A stretch of 64,000 bases of DNA from Azolla caroliniana. Lineage: Eukaryota; Plantae; Polypodiophyta. The DNA lies in assembly GCA_043228905.1 (NCBI GenBank), contig JBHGNT010000018.1, positions 11,594,001 through 11,658,000 on the forward strand, in the 5' to 3' direction. The position numbers and the translations under genes are program-made. The notes under the pieces are model-generated. The model saw nothing but the letters and a program-made list of their open reading frames with translations. It did not search any database and was not told the DNA's origin. Positions 62,352 to 64,000 of this stretch are shown piece after piece. Within the stretch, counting starts at the first letter, position 1. Every line of letters starts with the position of its first letter.

Positions 62352-64000
62352 TACCATTGCCGGGGAGCCTGCTTCAAACCGTAGAGGCTCTTCTTCAACT
62401 GGCAAACCAGGTGCTCCTTCCCTTTCTTCACAAATCCCTCTGGTTGTTGCATGTAGATCTCCTCTTCGAGGTCGCCATGGAGGAACGTCGTCTTCACGTC
62501 TAACTGCTCTATCTCGAGGTTCATGCTTGCCGCTATGCTTAGCACGGTTCGGATGGAAGTCATCTTTACTACTAGAGCAAATATCTCATCAAAGTCCACT
62601 CCCTTCTTCTGCTGGAACCCCTTTACCACGATCCTGGCTTTGTACCTTGGGGGGTTGCCAGCATCTCCCGGTTTCAACTTGTACACCCACTTGTTTCGAA
62701 GTACCCTCTTTCCTTTCAGCAACTCCACCAGTTCATATGTGTGGTTCTCATGCAGGGAATCCATCTTGTCCTGCATGGCACTGAACCACTTGCGGTTGTG
62801 GGTGTCCTCCTTTGCTTCTTCAAAGCTTTCCGGCTCCCCCTTATTGGTTAGCAACACGCGCTCTGCATACGGAAATCTCTGGGGGGGGCTCTTCTTTCTC
62901 TAAGAGGATATCTCTGTCTTTGGTTTTTAGCAACCGGCTCCTCTATTTGTTCTTCATCCGATATCGATTCGAGGTCTTGGTTGGTTCCGATTTCAGCTTC
63001 CTCTTCTTCTTCTTCTGCCGGTTCGGTATCCTAACCGTAACCAGCCGGTTCTTCGAGTGTCAACCGGTTCTTAATCGGGTAGGTCCGAATCTTATCGAAC
63101 CGATCCTTACTAATCAACTCGGAGTTCATTATCTTCTTCTCCGACTCCCAATCGGCAAGGGTCTTGTCCTCCATGAAGATAATATCTCGACTCCGGAAAA
63201 CTTTCTTGTCGACCGGATCCCACACTCGGTAGCCGAACTTATCATCGTCGTATTCGAGGAATATGCAAGGCCGGGACTTTAGATCCAACTATGCTCTCTG
63301 ATCCTTTGCAACATGCACGTTAGCGAGACACCCGAACACCTTCAGATGTCGGTAAGACACTTCCTTACCGGTCCACACTCTCTACGGGCGTGTCTTCGTC
63401 TAAGGGCACTGAGGGTGATTTGTTTATCACGTACGTCGCCGTCGCCAACGCCTCAGCCCAAAACATCTTGGGTAACCTTGCATGTGCTAGCATATTCCTG
63501 ACCCTCTCCATTATAGTCCGGTTCATCCTCTCGGCCAGCCCGTTTAGTTCCGGCGTCTTCGGCACGGTAAATTCAAGCCGGATGCCCTTCGAGAAACAGT
63601 ATTCCTCAAATTGCCCCCGGTATTCGCCTCCGTTATCTGCTTGAACCACCTTCAGCTTCCAGCCGGTTTCTCTTTCCAGTCTTGCATGGAGCTCCTTGAA
63701 GACAGATAACACCCGATCCTTCGTCTTCAACGGTGTGGCCCACAGCTTCCGGCTATGGTCATCTATGAACGTCACGAAGTATTGCGCTCTAGCATGTGAC
63801 TTGGTGTCCACTTGACAGACATCGGTATGTACCAGCTCCAGTGGTGCATTACGTCTCATCAGTGGCCTTGAGCGGAAGGAGGTCCAATTTTGCTTACCGA
63901 CTAGGCAATCGGTGCACTTCTCGGCAAGCCTCTTCATCCCCTTCTCACTCGTATGGCATAGTCTCTTGTGCCACAGCTCACCGCCAGTGTTGGATGCAAC
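62352..64000 (-). pseudogene. pol: Copia L integrase and RT N-terminus
   Basis: HTDVCQV, DNGGEY, NGLAERMN, YKARIVVKG, LDVKTTFL. Confidence 0.9.

Larger units (their letters stand above)
48760..64000 (-). mobile_element. Ty1/Copia element L (Tork/Tnt1-like; 5' part beyond window), interrupted by M and N
   Basis: 3' LTR ~48760-49357 and PPT 49358-49369. Pol pieces at 49368-50271, 60360-60542 and 62352-64000 are collinear with G. Confidence 0.92.

Overview
The whole 64 kb is a stack of nested LTR retrotransposons from a land-plant genome (probably a seed-free plant such as a moss, lycophyte or fern; inference). I see no host gene. About 15 insertions are resolvable by TG...CA termini, PBS/PPT signals and target-site duplications (TSDs). 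Ten are Ty1/Copia elements or fragments, including one with an intact ~1357-codon gag-pol at 32288-36361(-). Three belong to a tRNA-Trp-primed Gypsy group with 4-bp TSDs. There is also one Athila/Tat-like non-chromovirus Gypsy with an extra 3' ORF (50272-60354, -) and a ~1.25-kb TRIM-like element that nested insertions have stretched over >50 kb. Nesting reaches about six levels. Three signals stand out. (1) The 50272-60354 Gypsy and the TRIM, whose LTRs show no evident similarity, both lack a polypurine tract. In its place each carries a conserved ~41-nt tRNA-Arg-like 3'-half module ending in CCA, with compensatory base changes in an inserted hairpin. This is a candidate non-PPT plus-strand priming system. 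(2) Two divergent Gypsy elements share a G_GAU_UUU-stop slippery site and a covarying H-type pseudoknot, pointing to a -1 frameshift between protease and RT. (3) One Gypsy LTR contains three tRNA-type Pol III A/B-box modules. Lineage names and tRNA identities come from recalled sequences, not from searches.
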